Of a stretch of 44,583 nucleotides of DNA, positions 20,215 to 29,428 are shown one piece after another; position 1 is the stretch's first letter; each line of letters starts with the position of its first letter. The stretch lies in the IMG/VR virus record IMGVR_UViG_3300034894_000031, positions 1 to 44,583 of that record; one strand, written 5' to 3'. A program made the translations under genes and the position numbers. This stretch comes from a virus (lineage: Duplodnaviria > Caudoviricetes). The notes under the pieces are model-generated. The model was not told where the DNA came from. It did no database searches and saw only the letters and a program-made list of their open reading frames with translations.

Positions 20215-20565
20215 ATGGAAGGTGAGAGAATGAGATACGGAGACACACGTTCAATTAAGCAGGCTTGGGAAGACCTGATAGTCGGGCTTCTCGATAACCT
20301 GGCTTCAACCAAATTCAAGGTTACTCTTTTTTCAATGTTCGTTGCGTGCTTGGTAGCTGTTCTGCTATGGTTGCAGGGGGCAGATTGGATCGCCTATTTG
20401 CTGGCCGTCCTCGGCAACTTGGTGCCGGCAGTCACTTATACGATAGCCAAGAGTTATCAGAATACACACGGACGCAACGACACCCGGTATCTTCTCAGGA
20501 AACTGGAACTTAAAAATATAAATTCGGAGGCAAAAAATGATAGTAAAGTACGCACCCAAGATTAA
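20215..20565 (+). CDS. Holin-like protein (2 TM, basic C-terminus)
   Basis: LASTKFKVTL.. followed by two TM helices and a charged tail. Confidence 0.6.
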   Translation: MEGERMRYGDTRSIKQAWEDLIVGLLDNLASTKFKVTLFSMFVACLVAVLLWLQGADWIAYLLAVLGNLVPAVTYTIAKSYQNTHGRNDTRYLLRKLELKNINSEAKNDSKVRTQD

Positions 20566-21313
20566 AAGACGGCTTTTCTCCCGGAAGTATCGTGGCGCCA
20601 TTTCGTTTGACGTCTCGATACCATCATTTACCGGTGAACCGCGTATATGGACATCGGTAATCGCCCAGATAAAGAACATCATCGCCCAGCTACAGAACAG
20701 CGGCCAGGTCGACGAGGATCCACGGAATCCCTGGCGCGTCTATTCCCATGCTCAGGCGCTGGCAATGCAGACAATGGTGACCAGTAACCATGCCAACAAC
20801 GAGGCGATCGATTGGGAATCAGGGCTTCTCTTGCCGCTGGCCATCGATGCCTTCTATCGGATCTGGGGTCATGTCCCAAAGTGCCAGTGTGCCACTTGCC
20901 GATCCGGGGGATCGGTGATGTATAACGGCACGGTCCCGATGACCTCAGCCGAAGTAGATGCCCTGGCTAAAGCATTTGCCAATGCCTCAAGTACGTCTGA
21001 CATAATGGCATTGAATATCGTCCAGTGGTCTATCGAGCATATCTCTGCCATGAAAGAACTCAATGGCTGGAAACTGCCGTTCGACACGGTTTACAAGGAC
21101 GAAAACGGCCTTTTCAGTTTCAGGGGATTCATGGCTTGGATGGCTGGCGAGATCGTTTCAGGCTGGGTCTGGCATAAGGTTGGCATGAAGGAAGAGGTAA
21201 AAGGCGACGGGACCATACTTACATGGTTCTTTGGCGAACTCACGCCGCGCATATCCCGGTACATGTTGCCCAAGAAATTCAAGAACAGAAAGTTCGTTAC
21301 GCTTAACAGATAA
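20537..21313 (+). CDS. Hypothetical protein, possible peptidase M15-like Zn hydrolase
   Basis: WRVYSHAQAL...SNHANNEAID resembles the R..Q..SxHxxxxAxD motif; GGAGG RBS. Confidence 0.4.
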   Translation: MIVKYAPKIKRRLFSRKYRGAISFDVSIPSFTGEPRIWTSVIAQIKNIIAQLQNSGQVDEDPRNPWRVYSHAQALAMQTMVTSNHANNEAIDWESGLLLPLAIDAFYRIWGHVPKCQCATCRSGGSVMYNGTVPMTSAEVDALAKAFANASSTSDIMALNIVQWSIEHISAMKELNGWKLPFDTVYKDENGLFSFRGFMAWMAGEIVSGWVWHKVGMKEEVKGDGTILTWFFGELTPRISRYMLPKKFKNRKFVTLNR

Positions 21314-21378
21314 TTTTCCATTTTTGAGTGCGGAGAACGTAAAATAATAGCGTAACATCATCGTAAACTGAAACTAAT

Positions 21379-21417
21379 ATAAGGCCACTTGACAGAAATG
21401 CCGGGTGGCCTTATTCT
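21379..21417 (+). promoter_or_regulatory. Sigma70-like promoter overlapped by a 10-bp inverted repeat
   Basis: TTGACA(21389)-17 bp-TATTCT; ATAAGGCCAC (21379) / GTGGCCTTAT (21405). Confidence 0.65.
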
Positions 21418-21491
21418 ATAATCTGCTATTGGGGGGTCTTCATTCACCCGAAGGCCCCCGCAAAAATTAACTTGTATTTGAGTGAGGTCAA

Positions 21492-21776
21492 ATGACGGTT
21501 AAAAATCGGAAGCATATTACCCGGGTCCAGGAACCATTCGGTCATATTATCCAATTAAAGTTTCCTTTCTTGCCTGAGCAAGTTCTCAAGGAAATCCTCG
21601 AGATCTGTTCGGAATGCAACGATCCTCATTACAAGCGTTACAATAGAGAACTCTCCCCGTGCGATATGTGGTGCCCTCATGCCTTTGAATGCCACAGGCT
21701 ATTCAATGACCGCATGGAGAACTCTGACGCTGACCCGGTTATAAAGAAATCCTTTGAAAGCTGGGTGACCAATTGA
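21492..21776 (+). CDS. Hypothetical Cys/His-containing protein
   Basis: GAGGT RBS; first gene after the promoter. Confidence 0.6.
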   Translation: MTVKNRKHITRVQEPFGHIIQLKFPFLPEQVLKEILEICSECNDPHYKRYNRELSPCDMWCPHAFECHRLFNDRMENSDADPVIKKSFESWVTN

Positions 21777-21925
21777 TGGAATGGAAAAAAGTAACTAAAA
21801 AGATTCATACATTCCATATTTAAACCAGAAATTGATGCAATATTATCCCATTTTATTGAACGACTTGAAATTGGCGGTGCAACTGCCCGTGGGTATTTAG
21901 TTTTTTCAAGAGAAGTTCAATTAGT

Positions 21926-22198
21926 ATGAGTAACGAGCGTTCCTATATGCTTTGTGACCGCATGGTCAATGTCAGGGAATTCTGGAAGACGGGAGATTAC
22001 GCCACTGCCAAGTGTTGCAAATGTGGCGAGGAAGTCATGATTACTCCCGCCGGCCGTAAATTATTTGACCCGGAAAACATGGATCCAATTTGTCCGCAGT
22101 GTGTAGGCGAGGTCGACGAGGATATCGAGTTTGTTTTGCACGGCGATATCGCGGCTGAGATGCAAGCGGATCGTTACAAATTTATCCATCGCAATTAA
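21926..22198 (+). CDS. Zinc-finger protein
   Basis: CCKCG...CPQC. Confidence 0.65.
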   Translation: MSNERSYMLCDRMVNVREFWKTGDYATAKCCKCGEEVMITPAGRKLFDPENMDPICPQCVGEVDEDIEFVLHGDIAAEMQADRYKFIHRN

Positions 22199-22211
22199 GT
22201 GAGGTAATGAA

Positions 22212-22331
22212 GTGACATTAGATTTTGTAGTTGCATTCCTTTTGATTTTCGGAACATTGTTTTGGATCGGTGTGATATTAATCACTATCGCCAAACATCT
22301 TGAACGTATAGCGAACAGCTTGAAAAAATAA
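22212..22331 (+). CDS. 39-aa single-TM membrane peptide (MTLDFVVAFLL...)
   Basis: GAGGT RBS plus GTG; hydrophobic helix and basic tail. Confidence 0.55.
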   Translation: MTLDFVVAFLLIFGTLFWIGVILITIAKHLERIANSLKK

Positions 22332-22346
22332 ATAGTGAGGTATGAA

Positions 22347-23063
22347 ATGGTAATCGAAAATGAACAGTTGAAACCCAATGCCCTGCAGGTAAAATCCGAT
22401 ACCCTTGTCACCCAGCGCGATGCCCTGTTAATCAGCATCAAGACCATGGAAATCACCAACGAGGATGATTATCGGGTACTTTGCGACGCCCAGACTAGGC
22501 TCAGGGCATTTCAGAAAGTCCTCGAAAAAGAGCAGAAGGCCGAGACCCAGCCGCATTTTGACTGGATGAAGACGCGCCGGGAATGGTATGCGGCGACTTT
22601 CGCCAAGATTCACGACACCGAGCGTGTAATCAGTGGCCGCATCAGTAAATGGGCAACTGACCGGGAAGCAAAGCGCCGGGCAGAACAGGCCAAGCTCGAT
22701 GCTCAGGCTACCCAGAGACTCGAGAAGACCGTGGCCAAGGGACAGGTACCATCAGTTCCTGAACCAGTTGCGCCCATCGTTCCGGCGGCACCGAAGACCA
22801 TCCAGGTGGACGGCGGCAAGCACACCGAGAAGATGGTCCGGAAGTGGCGTTATGCCAACGGTACCGCGTCGAACCCGGAACTCAGCAAGATACCTTTGAA
22901 GTTCCACCTGATCGACGAAAAGAAAATCAACCGGTTCGTCACCGCCGGCGTGTTCACGGTGAGTTCCAAACTCAGCCCGATGGAATATACCATCGATGAG
23001 TGCCCGGATATCGTTGTTTACGAAGAGGCCGAGAGCGCTACCAGAAGCTCGATGCAGGTGTAA
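22347..23063 (+). CDS. Coiled-coil protein of the recombination module (Gam/Gp157-like)
   Basis: EITNEDDY, long helix, VRKW..IPLKFHLIDEKKIN..VYEE pattern. Confidence 0.55.
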   Translation: MVIENEQLKPNALQVKSDTLVTQRDALLISIKTMEITNEDDYRVLCDAQTRLRAFQKVLEKEQKAETQPHFDWMKTRREWYAATFAKIHDTERVISGRISKWATDREAKRRAEQAKLDAQATQRLEKTVAKGQVPSVPEPVAPIVPAAPKTIQVDGGKHTEKMVRKWRYANGTASNPELSKIPLKFHLIDEKKINRFVTAGVFTVSSKLSPMEYTIDECPDIVVYEEAESATRSSMQV

Positions 23064-23065
23064 TA

Positions 23066-23239
23066 ATGCCTGAAAATGATGAATTTGAACTATATGGTAA
23101 AACTATGACTGAACTTGACCAATTATGGTATGAAAATGCCTTTGTTTTTGAGCAGCAACACAACAAAGTTTCCGGGATGAGAAGTAGCCAGATAGCCTGC
23201 CTAGTTGATTACTTGATTAAAAAGGGCATCATAAAATGA
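23066..23239 (+). CDS. Hypothetical protein
   Basis: AGGTG RBS; overlaps the next start. Confidence 0.55.
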   Translation: MPENDEFELYGKTMTELDQLWYENAFVFEQQHNKVSGMRSSQIACLVDYLIKKGIIK

Positions 23240-23838
23240 GCCATTACTATCCAATCAAGATCGGCGGCTCTGTCATCCAATTGCCTTCGGTGACCACTCA
23301 GATCATGGAACTGAATCGCAAAGGCCTTCTCGGGGATCCGCTCATCATGCGGGGCGACCGGGATCATGCCCTGGTAACCGGCACCTGGATTCATGACCTG
23401 ATTGACCGCATAATCAAAGGTGGGGTCATCGAGGAAGGCGAGTGGTTCACTCTTCCAGAGGAAGTCCGGAACGGCGTCCGGGCGTTCATTCGTTTCAGGG
23501 ACACGATTAAATTCAGGCCTCGAGAGTCGGAGTTTACGGTCTATTCGTTGAAGCATCTCTACGCCGGGACAGTCGACGCCATCGGCACCAGCGGCCACCT
23601 GGTAACGATACTGGATTTTAAATCTGGACAGATGCCTTCTTGGTATGTGGATAATCAGTTAGCCTTGTATTTTGTCGCCTATAAAGAAAGGTACCCCAGA
23701 CGTAAAGTTTCAAATTTGTGGCAGGTGAATCTGGATAAATTAAAAGGTTCTTATTCAATAAGGAAATTGCAAACAGACGATGCCATGAATATTTTTGAAA
23801 CATTTTTGGAACTTAGAGACAAGGCAGGTTTGGTATGA
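23236..23838 (+). CDS. PD-(D/E)XK (Cas4-like) exonuclease
   Basis: [27 protein letters not shown]. Confidence 0.88.
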   Translation: MSHYYPIKIGGSVIQLPSVTTQIMELNRKGLLGDPLIMRGDRDHALVTGTWIHDLIDRIIKGGVIEEGEWFTLPEEVRNGVRAFIRFRDTIKFRPRESEFTVYSLKHLYAGTVDAIGTSGHLVTILDFKSGQMPSWYVDNQLALYFVAYKERYPRRKVSNLWQVNLDKLKGSYSIRKLQTDDAMNIFETFLELRDKAGLV

Positions 23839-24188
23839 CTCATTATCCAAACCGCAATGGCATTCACAATTCAAGATGGAAAGGTGGAAGAATCAGGAAT
23901 GTCGACGGATACATTTTTGTCTGGGTTGAACATGATAGTTTTTATCATCCGATGGCAGATGATCGGAATTATATTTTAGAGCATCGTCTTATAATGGCGA
24001 AACACCTTGGTCGTTGCCTAAATCCTTTGGAAATAGTGCATCATAAAAATGACATCAAGGATGATAATAGAATTGAGAACCTTGAATTAACTACTCAAGG
24101 TAAACATGCACAAAAGCGTTCTTGCATAAGAAAAGACAACGGACAATTTGAAAAAATAAGAACATCATTAGCAGGGGGCATAATATGA
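23835..24188 (+). CDS. HNH homing endonuclease
   Basis: [26 protein letters not shown]. Confidence 0.9.
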   Translation: MTHYPNRNGIHNSRWKGGRIRNVDGYIFVWVEHDSFYHPMADDRNYILEHRLIMAKHLGRCLNPLEIVHHKNDIKDDNRIENLELTTQGKHAQKRSCIRKDNGQFEKIRTSLAGGII

Positions 24189-24382
24189 AAAAAGGAGAAA
24201 GCAAAACCAGAAGGTCTGAAGTGATTCCGATGGCCATCGCCCCCAGGCTATCGGATAAAGAATGGTATGCTTTCAAAAAGTGGTGGAAATCTAAATGGAT
24301 GGATGGACCACACCGTGAGAGCATAGAAGAATATTTAAAATGGAAACAAAAGGAGTGTGAACCGAATGGTAACAAACACTAA
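24185..24382 (+). CDS. Hypothetical protein
   Basis: Overlaps both neighbours; GGGGG RBS. Confidence 0.5.
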   Translation: MKKGESKTRRSEVIPMAIAPRLSDKEWYAFKKWWKSKWMDGPHRESIEEYLKWKQKECEPNGNKH

Positions 24383-25448
24383 CGTACCTGCGGTTAGAAA
24401 GCCGCAAAAAATGATCCAGACCAATATTCAGAATATTGACCTTAAGAAATTTCCTCAGCTTGAGCAACTCCACCATGACCTCGAACTGATGGAGCTGGCA
24501 TTCTCCGAGATGAAACCCGGCGTCGACTATGGTACCTTTGAGGGCATCGATAAACCCATGCTTTACAAGCCGGGATTCGAGAGACTGGCGCTCATCTTCA
24601 ACCTGCATATAAAGTTTGAGGATGAGGATGACAGTAACCCTCAGATGGATTTCTACCGGCATAAGGTCACCAGCCGGGCTTACCGGTACGATCCTCAGAC
24701 TGGCCAGGAATTCGAGGTCGGCATGGGACTTGGTACCTGCTCTTCCAAAGAATCAAAGTACCGGTACCGGTGGGCAAAGGCCGAGCAAATACCTTCAAAC
24801 ATGAAAGCCGGGATGGCCAAGACTATCAAGAATAAGAAGACGGGCGAGATGTATGAAGTGGTCGATGTGCAGCACTGGATCGATGCCTATGGATTCGGTT
24901 CGGCAAAGATGACCAAGTTCGGGGCCCGGTTCCGCATGGATAACCCGGATGTGGCTGACATCGATAATACCGTCGCTTCTCAGGCAAAGAAGAGATCGTA
25001 CTGCGATTGTATAAAGACGGTTACCGGAGCTGACCGGAAGTTCGCTGATGCTGGCGACGTGCTCAATGACCCTGTTAAGGCGCAGCAGGTCGCTGACGGC
25101 GTGGTCGAGGGCGAAGTGGTGGAAGACATAGTCGACCCAGAAGACGTGACCGAAGCGCCGGTCCAGGCAAAGGCAGAGCCGGTCAAAAAGGCCGAGCCAG
25201 CCAAGAGCAAGGAAACCCTGGACAAAGAGTTCATTGCCATGGTCATTGCCTTCTGCAAGGAATTCAATCTCAGGAACCCGGCCGGCGACGCCTACCAATT
25301 GCCGCCCACAATCATGGGAAAGTACCCGCATGCGAAGTCATCCCTTGACCTGAGCACGGCGCAAAGGAAGGATCTGCTAAAAGGATTCTCCGATATCCGC
25401 CAGGCCAAGAAGGAAGGCACTCTTCCCGAGAATTGGTGGAAGTCATGA
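24366..25448 (+). CDS. Putative single-strand annealing/recombination protein
   Basis: GVDYG..KPMLYKPGFERL, GxGxCSSKESKY, NT...AKKR motifs; lies next to the exonuclease. Confidence 0.6.
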   Translation: MVTNTNVPAVRKPQKMIQTNIQNIDLKKFPQLEQLHHDLELMELAFSEMKPGVDYGTFEGIDKPMLYKPGFERLALIFNLHIKFEDEDDSNPQMDFYRHKVTSRAYRYDPQTGQEFEVGMGLGTCSSKESKYRYRWAKAEQIPSNMKAGMAKTIKNKKTGEMYEVVDVQHWIDAYGFGSAKMTKFGARFRMDNPDVADIDNTVASQAKKRSYCDCIKTVTGADRKFADAGDVLNDPVKAQQVADGVVEGEVVEDIVDPEDVTEAPVQAKAEPVKKAEPAKSKETLDKEFIAMVIAFCKEFNLRNPAGDAYQLPPTIMGKYPHAKSSLDLSTAQRKDLLKGFSDIRQAKKEGTLPENWWKS

Positions 25449-25642
25449 TTCTGTTTTCCCACCGGGCGAAGATCGAGGCTTTGTTTGTAATGTGGGTTCG
25501 ACTCACTGAACCCAGAATGGCGTTGTGTGCCATGAATTTCGTGGGGTTTTTATTGGAAACCGATTGCGGCCAGCGGTTTGTGAGGAAGATGGCCGACGAA
25601 ATAAATAACAGGAGTGTGGACAAATGTTTAAAGCAACCATAA
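25445..25642 (+). CDS. Hypothetical protein
   Basis: ATGA overlap with the upstream stop. Confidence 0.5.
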   Translation: MILFSHRAKIEALFVMWVRLTEPRMALCAMNFVGFLLETDCGQRFVRKMADEINNRSVDKCLKQP

Positions 25643-26055
25643 ACAATACAAAAGTCATGACCGAACTCGACGATAAGACCAACCGGCTGACCGCCAAGAT
25701 CAGTTTCGATTGCGTCACGAACCCGGACAGCTTGCTGGAACTGGACGAACTGAGGCTCAAGGGTAAGACCCTCGAGGTCAACATTTTCACGACTCAGTCT
25801 GAGTTCGGAAAGAAACCTGATGTCCCCGGGTCCCCGGTTAAAGAAGACCCGCTTTGGAATACCGGTGACAAACCTGGTGCGGCAAAAAATTTACTGGCTA
25901 CCAAGACGCCGGCAGACGCGGCCAAAGAAATGCTTGCCGGCAACCCGCCCAAGGCCGAAGAGAAAGGCAAGAAAAAGAACAAGGAACCTGAGAAGCCGAA
26001 GCCTACCGGCAAGGCAGAACGGGTGGACTATCCGCCCGAGCCGCCTCTTCCCTAG
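25624..26055 (+). CDS. Hypothetical protein with Lys/Pro-rich tail
   Basis: AGGAG RBS; last gene before an intergenic hairpin. Confidence 0.65.
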   Translation: MFKATINNTKVMTELDDKTNRLTAKISFDCVTNPDSLLELDELRLKGKTLEVNIFTTQSEFGKKPDVPGSPVKEDPLWNTGDKPGAAKNLLATKTPADAAKEMLAGNPPKAEEKGKKKNKEPEKPKPTGKAERVDYPPEPPLP

Positions 26056-26065
26056 TTCCCACCAT

Positions 26066-26100
26066 GGGGTTTAGGCCAGACCCTCACTCTGGCCTACCCC
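26066..26100 (+). other. Intergenic stem-loop
   Basis: TAGGCCAGA/TCTGGCCTA stem extended by GGGG/CCCC; loop CCCTCAC; no U-tract. Confidence 0.6.
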
Positions 26101-26154
26101 ACCCATAAATCTATTATTACACGGTATATTGGTTCAGAGGTAAGGGGGAATTCT

Positions 26155-26883
26155 ATGGCAAAAACTAAAATAGAGTGGTGCAATTTTTCGATAAATCCGA
26201 TTAAAGGCCTGTGTCCAATGGCTTGTCCATACTGTTATGCCCGGCGTCTATATCAACGATTTCATTGGAGCCCCAGGATTCGATATGACGATATGGTGTG
26301 GCAAGAGGGCAAACATATCCCGGCTGGAAGCAAAGTCTTTGTAGGCTCTACCATGGAACTATTCGGAGATTGGATAGAACCAGAGTGGATGAAAGTAATA
26401 TTTGAATATTGCGAATCACTCCCAAAGATAACGTTTATTTTCCTAACCAAGCAACCCCAGAACCTTCTTAAGTGGTCGCCGTTCCCTGACAACTTCTGGG
26501 TGGGCGTAAGTGCGACAGATTATAGTTCATTTGCAAATGCCTGTAATAACTTAGAAAACATAAAAGCAAAAGTTAAGTTCTTGTCTATTGAACCATTGCT
26601 TGATTGGTCTTTTAATTGGGAGAAGTCGTACCTCTCAAATTTATTGAAACGATGCCATTGCTCATGGATCGCTATCGGCCGGCAGACCCCGGCCAGCAAA
26701 AAGACAGCGCCTCAAGTAGAGTGGATCGCAGATATTGTCCGGGCGGCAAACACCGCTAAGATTCCCGTCTTCTTAAAAGAAAACCTCGATTCCATGCTTC
26801 ATTACCAGTGGCAAGACAATGTATGGGGTAAATTATTCAGAACTCAGGATGGCAAATTGCGTCAGGAGCTACCGCGTGTGTGA
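26155..26883 (+). CDS. Phage Gp37/Gp68 (DUF5131) family, radical-SAM-like
   Basis: TKIEWC, NPIKGLCPMACPYCYA, FLTKQP, WVGVS, FLSIEPLL, IPVFLK. Confidence 0.88.
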   Translation: MAKTKIEWCNFSINPIKGLCPMACPYCYARRLYQRFHWSPRIRYDDMVWQEGKHIPAGSKVFVGSTMELFGDWIEPEWMKVIFEYCESLPKITFIFLTKQPQNLLKWSPFPDNFWVGVSATDYSSFANACNNLENIKAKVKFLSIEPLLDWSFNWEKSYLSNLLKRCHCSWIAIGRQTPASKKTAPQVEWIADIVRAANTAKIPVFLKENLDSMLHYQWQDNVWGKLFRTQDGKLRQELPRV

Positions 26884-27334
26884 CCATAAAAATTATCAAC
26901 GTCTCCGCAAATATGCGGCCAAGTGTAATGACTGCTTGGAGATGCTTTATTGGAACCCGGTCACCAATCCTGATGCTAAAGGGGAACCAAATATTTTATC
27001 ATGGTTTAAATTTCTGGATTCAGAAAAAAGTATATTCAGTGTAATCGACAAGGTATTTGACAAGGAGATTCCGATGAGTCCCGGCAAAATTGATATCAAA
27101 GACCTTCCAAAAGACCTCAGAAAAAAAGTCGCCGACGAAAATGGCATCAAAATCAAAAGGCGTAAAAGACGGGCGAAAAAATTCAAAGAGAATCTTGAAA
27201 AAGAAAGACGTCCGAAGCCGAATGATGATAAACCAGAGGATTATGTGCCGCCTTTGCCGGTTTTCAATGATGACTGGCCAGAGGCCGTTCAATTGAAGTG
27301 GTTCGATTCTAGGGATAGGGAGTTAGCAAAATGA
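26876..27334 (+). CDS. Hypothetical protein (possible fusion; internal start at 27074)
   Basis: GTG start overlaps the upstream stop; CDH..CNDC; LPVFNDDWPEAVQLKWF tail. Confidence 0.55.
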   Translation: MCDHKNYQRLRKYAAKCNDCLEMLYWNPVTNPDAKGEPNILSWFKFLDSEKSIFSVIDKVFDKEIPMSPGKIDIKDLPKDLRKKVADENGIKIKRRKRRAKKFKENLEKERRPKPNDDKPEDYVPPLPVFNDDWPEAVQLKWFDSRDRELAK

Positions 27335-27858
27335 AAGCACTCAGCTTAACTCAACCGATGGCATGGGCGATCTTTCACGGGAAGGACGTCGAGAACCGCA
27401 CCTGGCAGACGCATTACCGCGGCCGCGTGATGATCCATGGCAGTTTGAAGTTCAATTACCAGCATTACCGCTGGATCGTTGATAATGAAAACAGATTAGT
27501 CACCAACATCCCTGAAGTAATTTGCAACTGGCATGGCATTTTGAAGCATAGAGAACGCCGTTTCAGGTTCCCGAAAGATTTTGTTTTCGGAGCGATCATA
27601 GGCGAGGTAAGTATTGTAGACTGTGTAAGGTGCAACACAAGCCGCTGGTCGATAGCGGGACAATGGAACTGGATATTAAAGAACGCCAAAGAATACCGAC
27701 GGCCAATACCATGCAAAGGCCACCTGAGTTTCTTTGAACCAGAAGTGGCGAATCTTCAAACTCTCCGGGAGAATTGGGAAGTATTTGGGCTTGACGCACG
27801 CAAGAGGTACGATTACGATTTCTCGAACTATTTTCATGGGGTACAGGAATGCAGATAG
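27331..27858 (+). CDS. ASCH domain protein
   Basis: MKALSLTQP, GKDVENRTW, YRG.V.IH, GAIIG, PIPCKG. Confidence 0.9.
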   Translation: MKALSLTQPMAWAIFHGKDVENRTWQTHYRGRVMIHGSLKFNYQHYRWIVDNENRLVTNIPEVICNWHGILKHRERRFRFPKDFVFGAIIGEVSIVDCVRCNTSRWSIAGQWNWILKNAKEYRRPIPCKGHLSFFEPEVANLQTLRENWEVFGLDARKRYDYDFSNYFHGVQECR

Positions 27859-29426
27859 CGTATCAGGATGACTTCATTACTCATTACTGCGGCGATGCCA
27901 TTGCCGTGCTCAATTCGTTGCCTGAGAAATTCGTCCAGGCAGTGATAACCTCGCCGCCATATTGGGCGCTGAGGAAATACAAGGGCGACCAGGATATCAT
28001 CTGGGACCAGGGCAATGGATGTCAGCATGAATGGATGGTCGAGCGAACCGCCCGGCCGAATGCTGGCGGCGGTGCCAACAAAGAGATGCAGTCCCGGCAC
28101 GGATCTGAAAACTTTCAGGCCTTTGCCGAGAACGGAGATCGGGCGACATACTCGAATACCTGTTCGAAGTGCGGTGCCTGGAAGGGCGCTTATGGCCTCG
28201 AACCGACCATCGAGATGTATATCGAACATACCATGCAGTTCCTGGACGCCATCAGGCGCGTTCTCCGGGACGATGGCGTGGTCTTCTGGAACATTTCGGA
28301 TTGTTACTGGACCGGCAAAGGGCAGTCTGGGCAGAAGACACCCGAGCAGCAAGGCCAGCGGCATGATGACGGGCGCTCTCTTAACATGGCCGCTCAACAA
28401 CTTGGTGGACATGATGTGACCATGCCTCGAGACGGCAAGCACCCGGTCATAAAATCGCTGGACATGTGCATGATTCCTTACCGGTTCGCTCTGGTCGCTC
28501 AGGAAAGAGGCTGGTACGTCCGGGCAGATATCATCTGGTATAAGAACAATCCCATGCCCGAGTCGATCAATTCGAAGCGGTGGGTCAAACGCGGCGACGG
28601 CCTGGTCCTTAAGACAGGCTCATGGCGCCCGACCACTGCCCACGAATATATCTTCATGCTCACCAAGACTGACAACTATTATTCTGACATCGAGGCGGCA
28701 AAGGAAAAGCGGCGTGGCCATACTCATCCTCGAGGAACCAAGCTGAGTCCGCCTTATGAGAGTGCCGGGATTGGCCATGAGAATTGGGCATCGTACATGG
28801 GCAACGGCGATTCGTATACCACACGCAATCCTCGATCAGTCTGGCATATCAACGGCAAGCCGTTCTCCATGGGCATCTGCGGCGACTGCGGTCGTGTATA
28901 CAATGGTTCCCGGTACCGCCGTCTTCCTTTCGATGCATCCCGTAGGAAGAGGGTGTGCATCTGCGGTTCGACGAACTGGACATCTCACTTCGCCACGTTC
29001 CCGGATGACCTGCCTCAGAAGTGCATCCTGGCGACGACATCAGACGCCGGTTGTTGCTCGAAGTGCGGCGCGCCTGTCCTCAGAATCGTCGAGGTAAAGC
29101 CGAGCACCATGAATATCAGAGTCCGGGATGCCCGGCACGGCGTCACTGCAGAAGAGGGGTACAAGGCCAGCGATAAAGAGAAAGAAAACTACGGTAAAGA
29201 GGAACTCGGCTGGACCAAGACCGTCGGCTGGAAACCGGAATGTGACTGCGGCGCGTCGGTCATGCCGTGTACCGTCCTTGACCCCTTTGCCGGCAGCGGT
29301 ACCACGCTCATGGTGGCCAAGAGGATGGGTCGCCGGTCTATCGGCATTGATTTAGCGGACGAATATACAGGCCTTATCAAAGAGAGATGTGAAAAAATAA
29401 CGGGCGCTTTTCTTGCGGGGGTGTAA
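27849..29426 (+). CDS. DNA N4-cytosine/N6-adenine methyltransferase (beta class)
   Basis: TSPPY, IIWYK.NPMPES, HEYIF, HFATFP, VLDPFAGSGTT. Confidence 0.92.
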   Translation: MQIAYQDDFITHYCGDAIAVLNSLPEKFVQAVITSPPYWALRKYKGDQDIIWDQGNGCQHEWMVERTARPNAGGGANKEMQSRHGSENFQAFAENGDRATYSNTCSKCGAWKGAYGLEPTIEMYIEHTMQFLDAIRRVLRDDGVVFWNISDCYWTGKGQSGQKTPEQQGQRHDDGRSLNMAAQQLGGHDVTMPRDGKHPVIKSLDMCMIPYRFALVAQERGWYVRADIIWYKNNPMPESINSKRWVKRGDGLVLKTGSWRPTTAHEYIFMLTKTDNYYSDIEAAKEKRRGHTHPRGTKLSPPYESAGIGHENWASYMGNGDSYTTRNPRSVWHINGKPFSMGICGDCGRVYNGSRYRRLPFDASRRKRVCICGSTNWTSHFATFPDDLPQKCILATTSDAGCCSKCGAPVLRIVEVKPSTMNIRVRDARHGVTAEEGYKASDKEKENYGKEELGWTKTVGWKPECDCGASVMPCTVLDPFAGSGTTLMVAKRMGRRSIGIDLADEYTGLIKERCEKITGAFLAGV

Positions 29427-29428
29427 GT

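Noticed and set aside
23236-23838. Cas4 of a CRISPR system
   Set aside because: Stand-alone phage PD-(D/E)XK nuclease without the Fe-S cysteines, in a recombination module.
28015-28419. Overprinted ORFs in the N4/N6 MTase
   Set aside because: GC-rich region where open alternative frames are expected; no recognisable motif, unlike the C5 MTase case.
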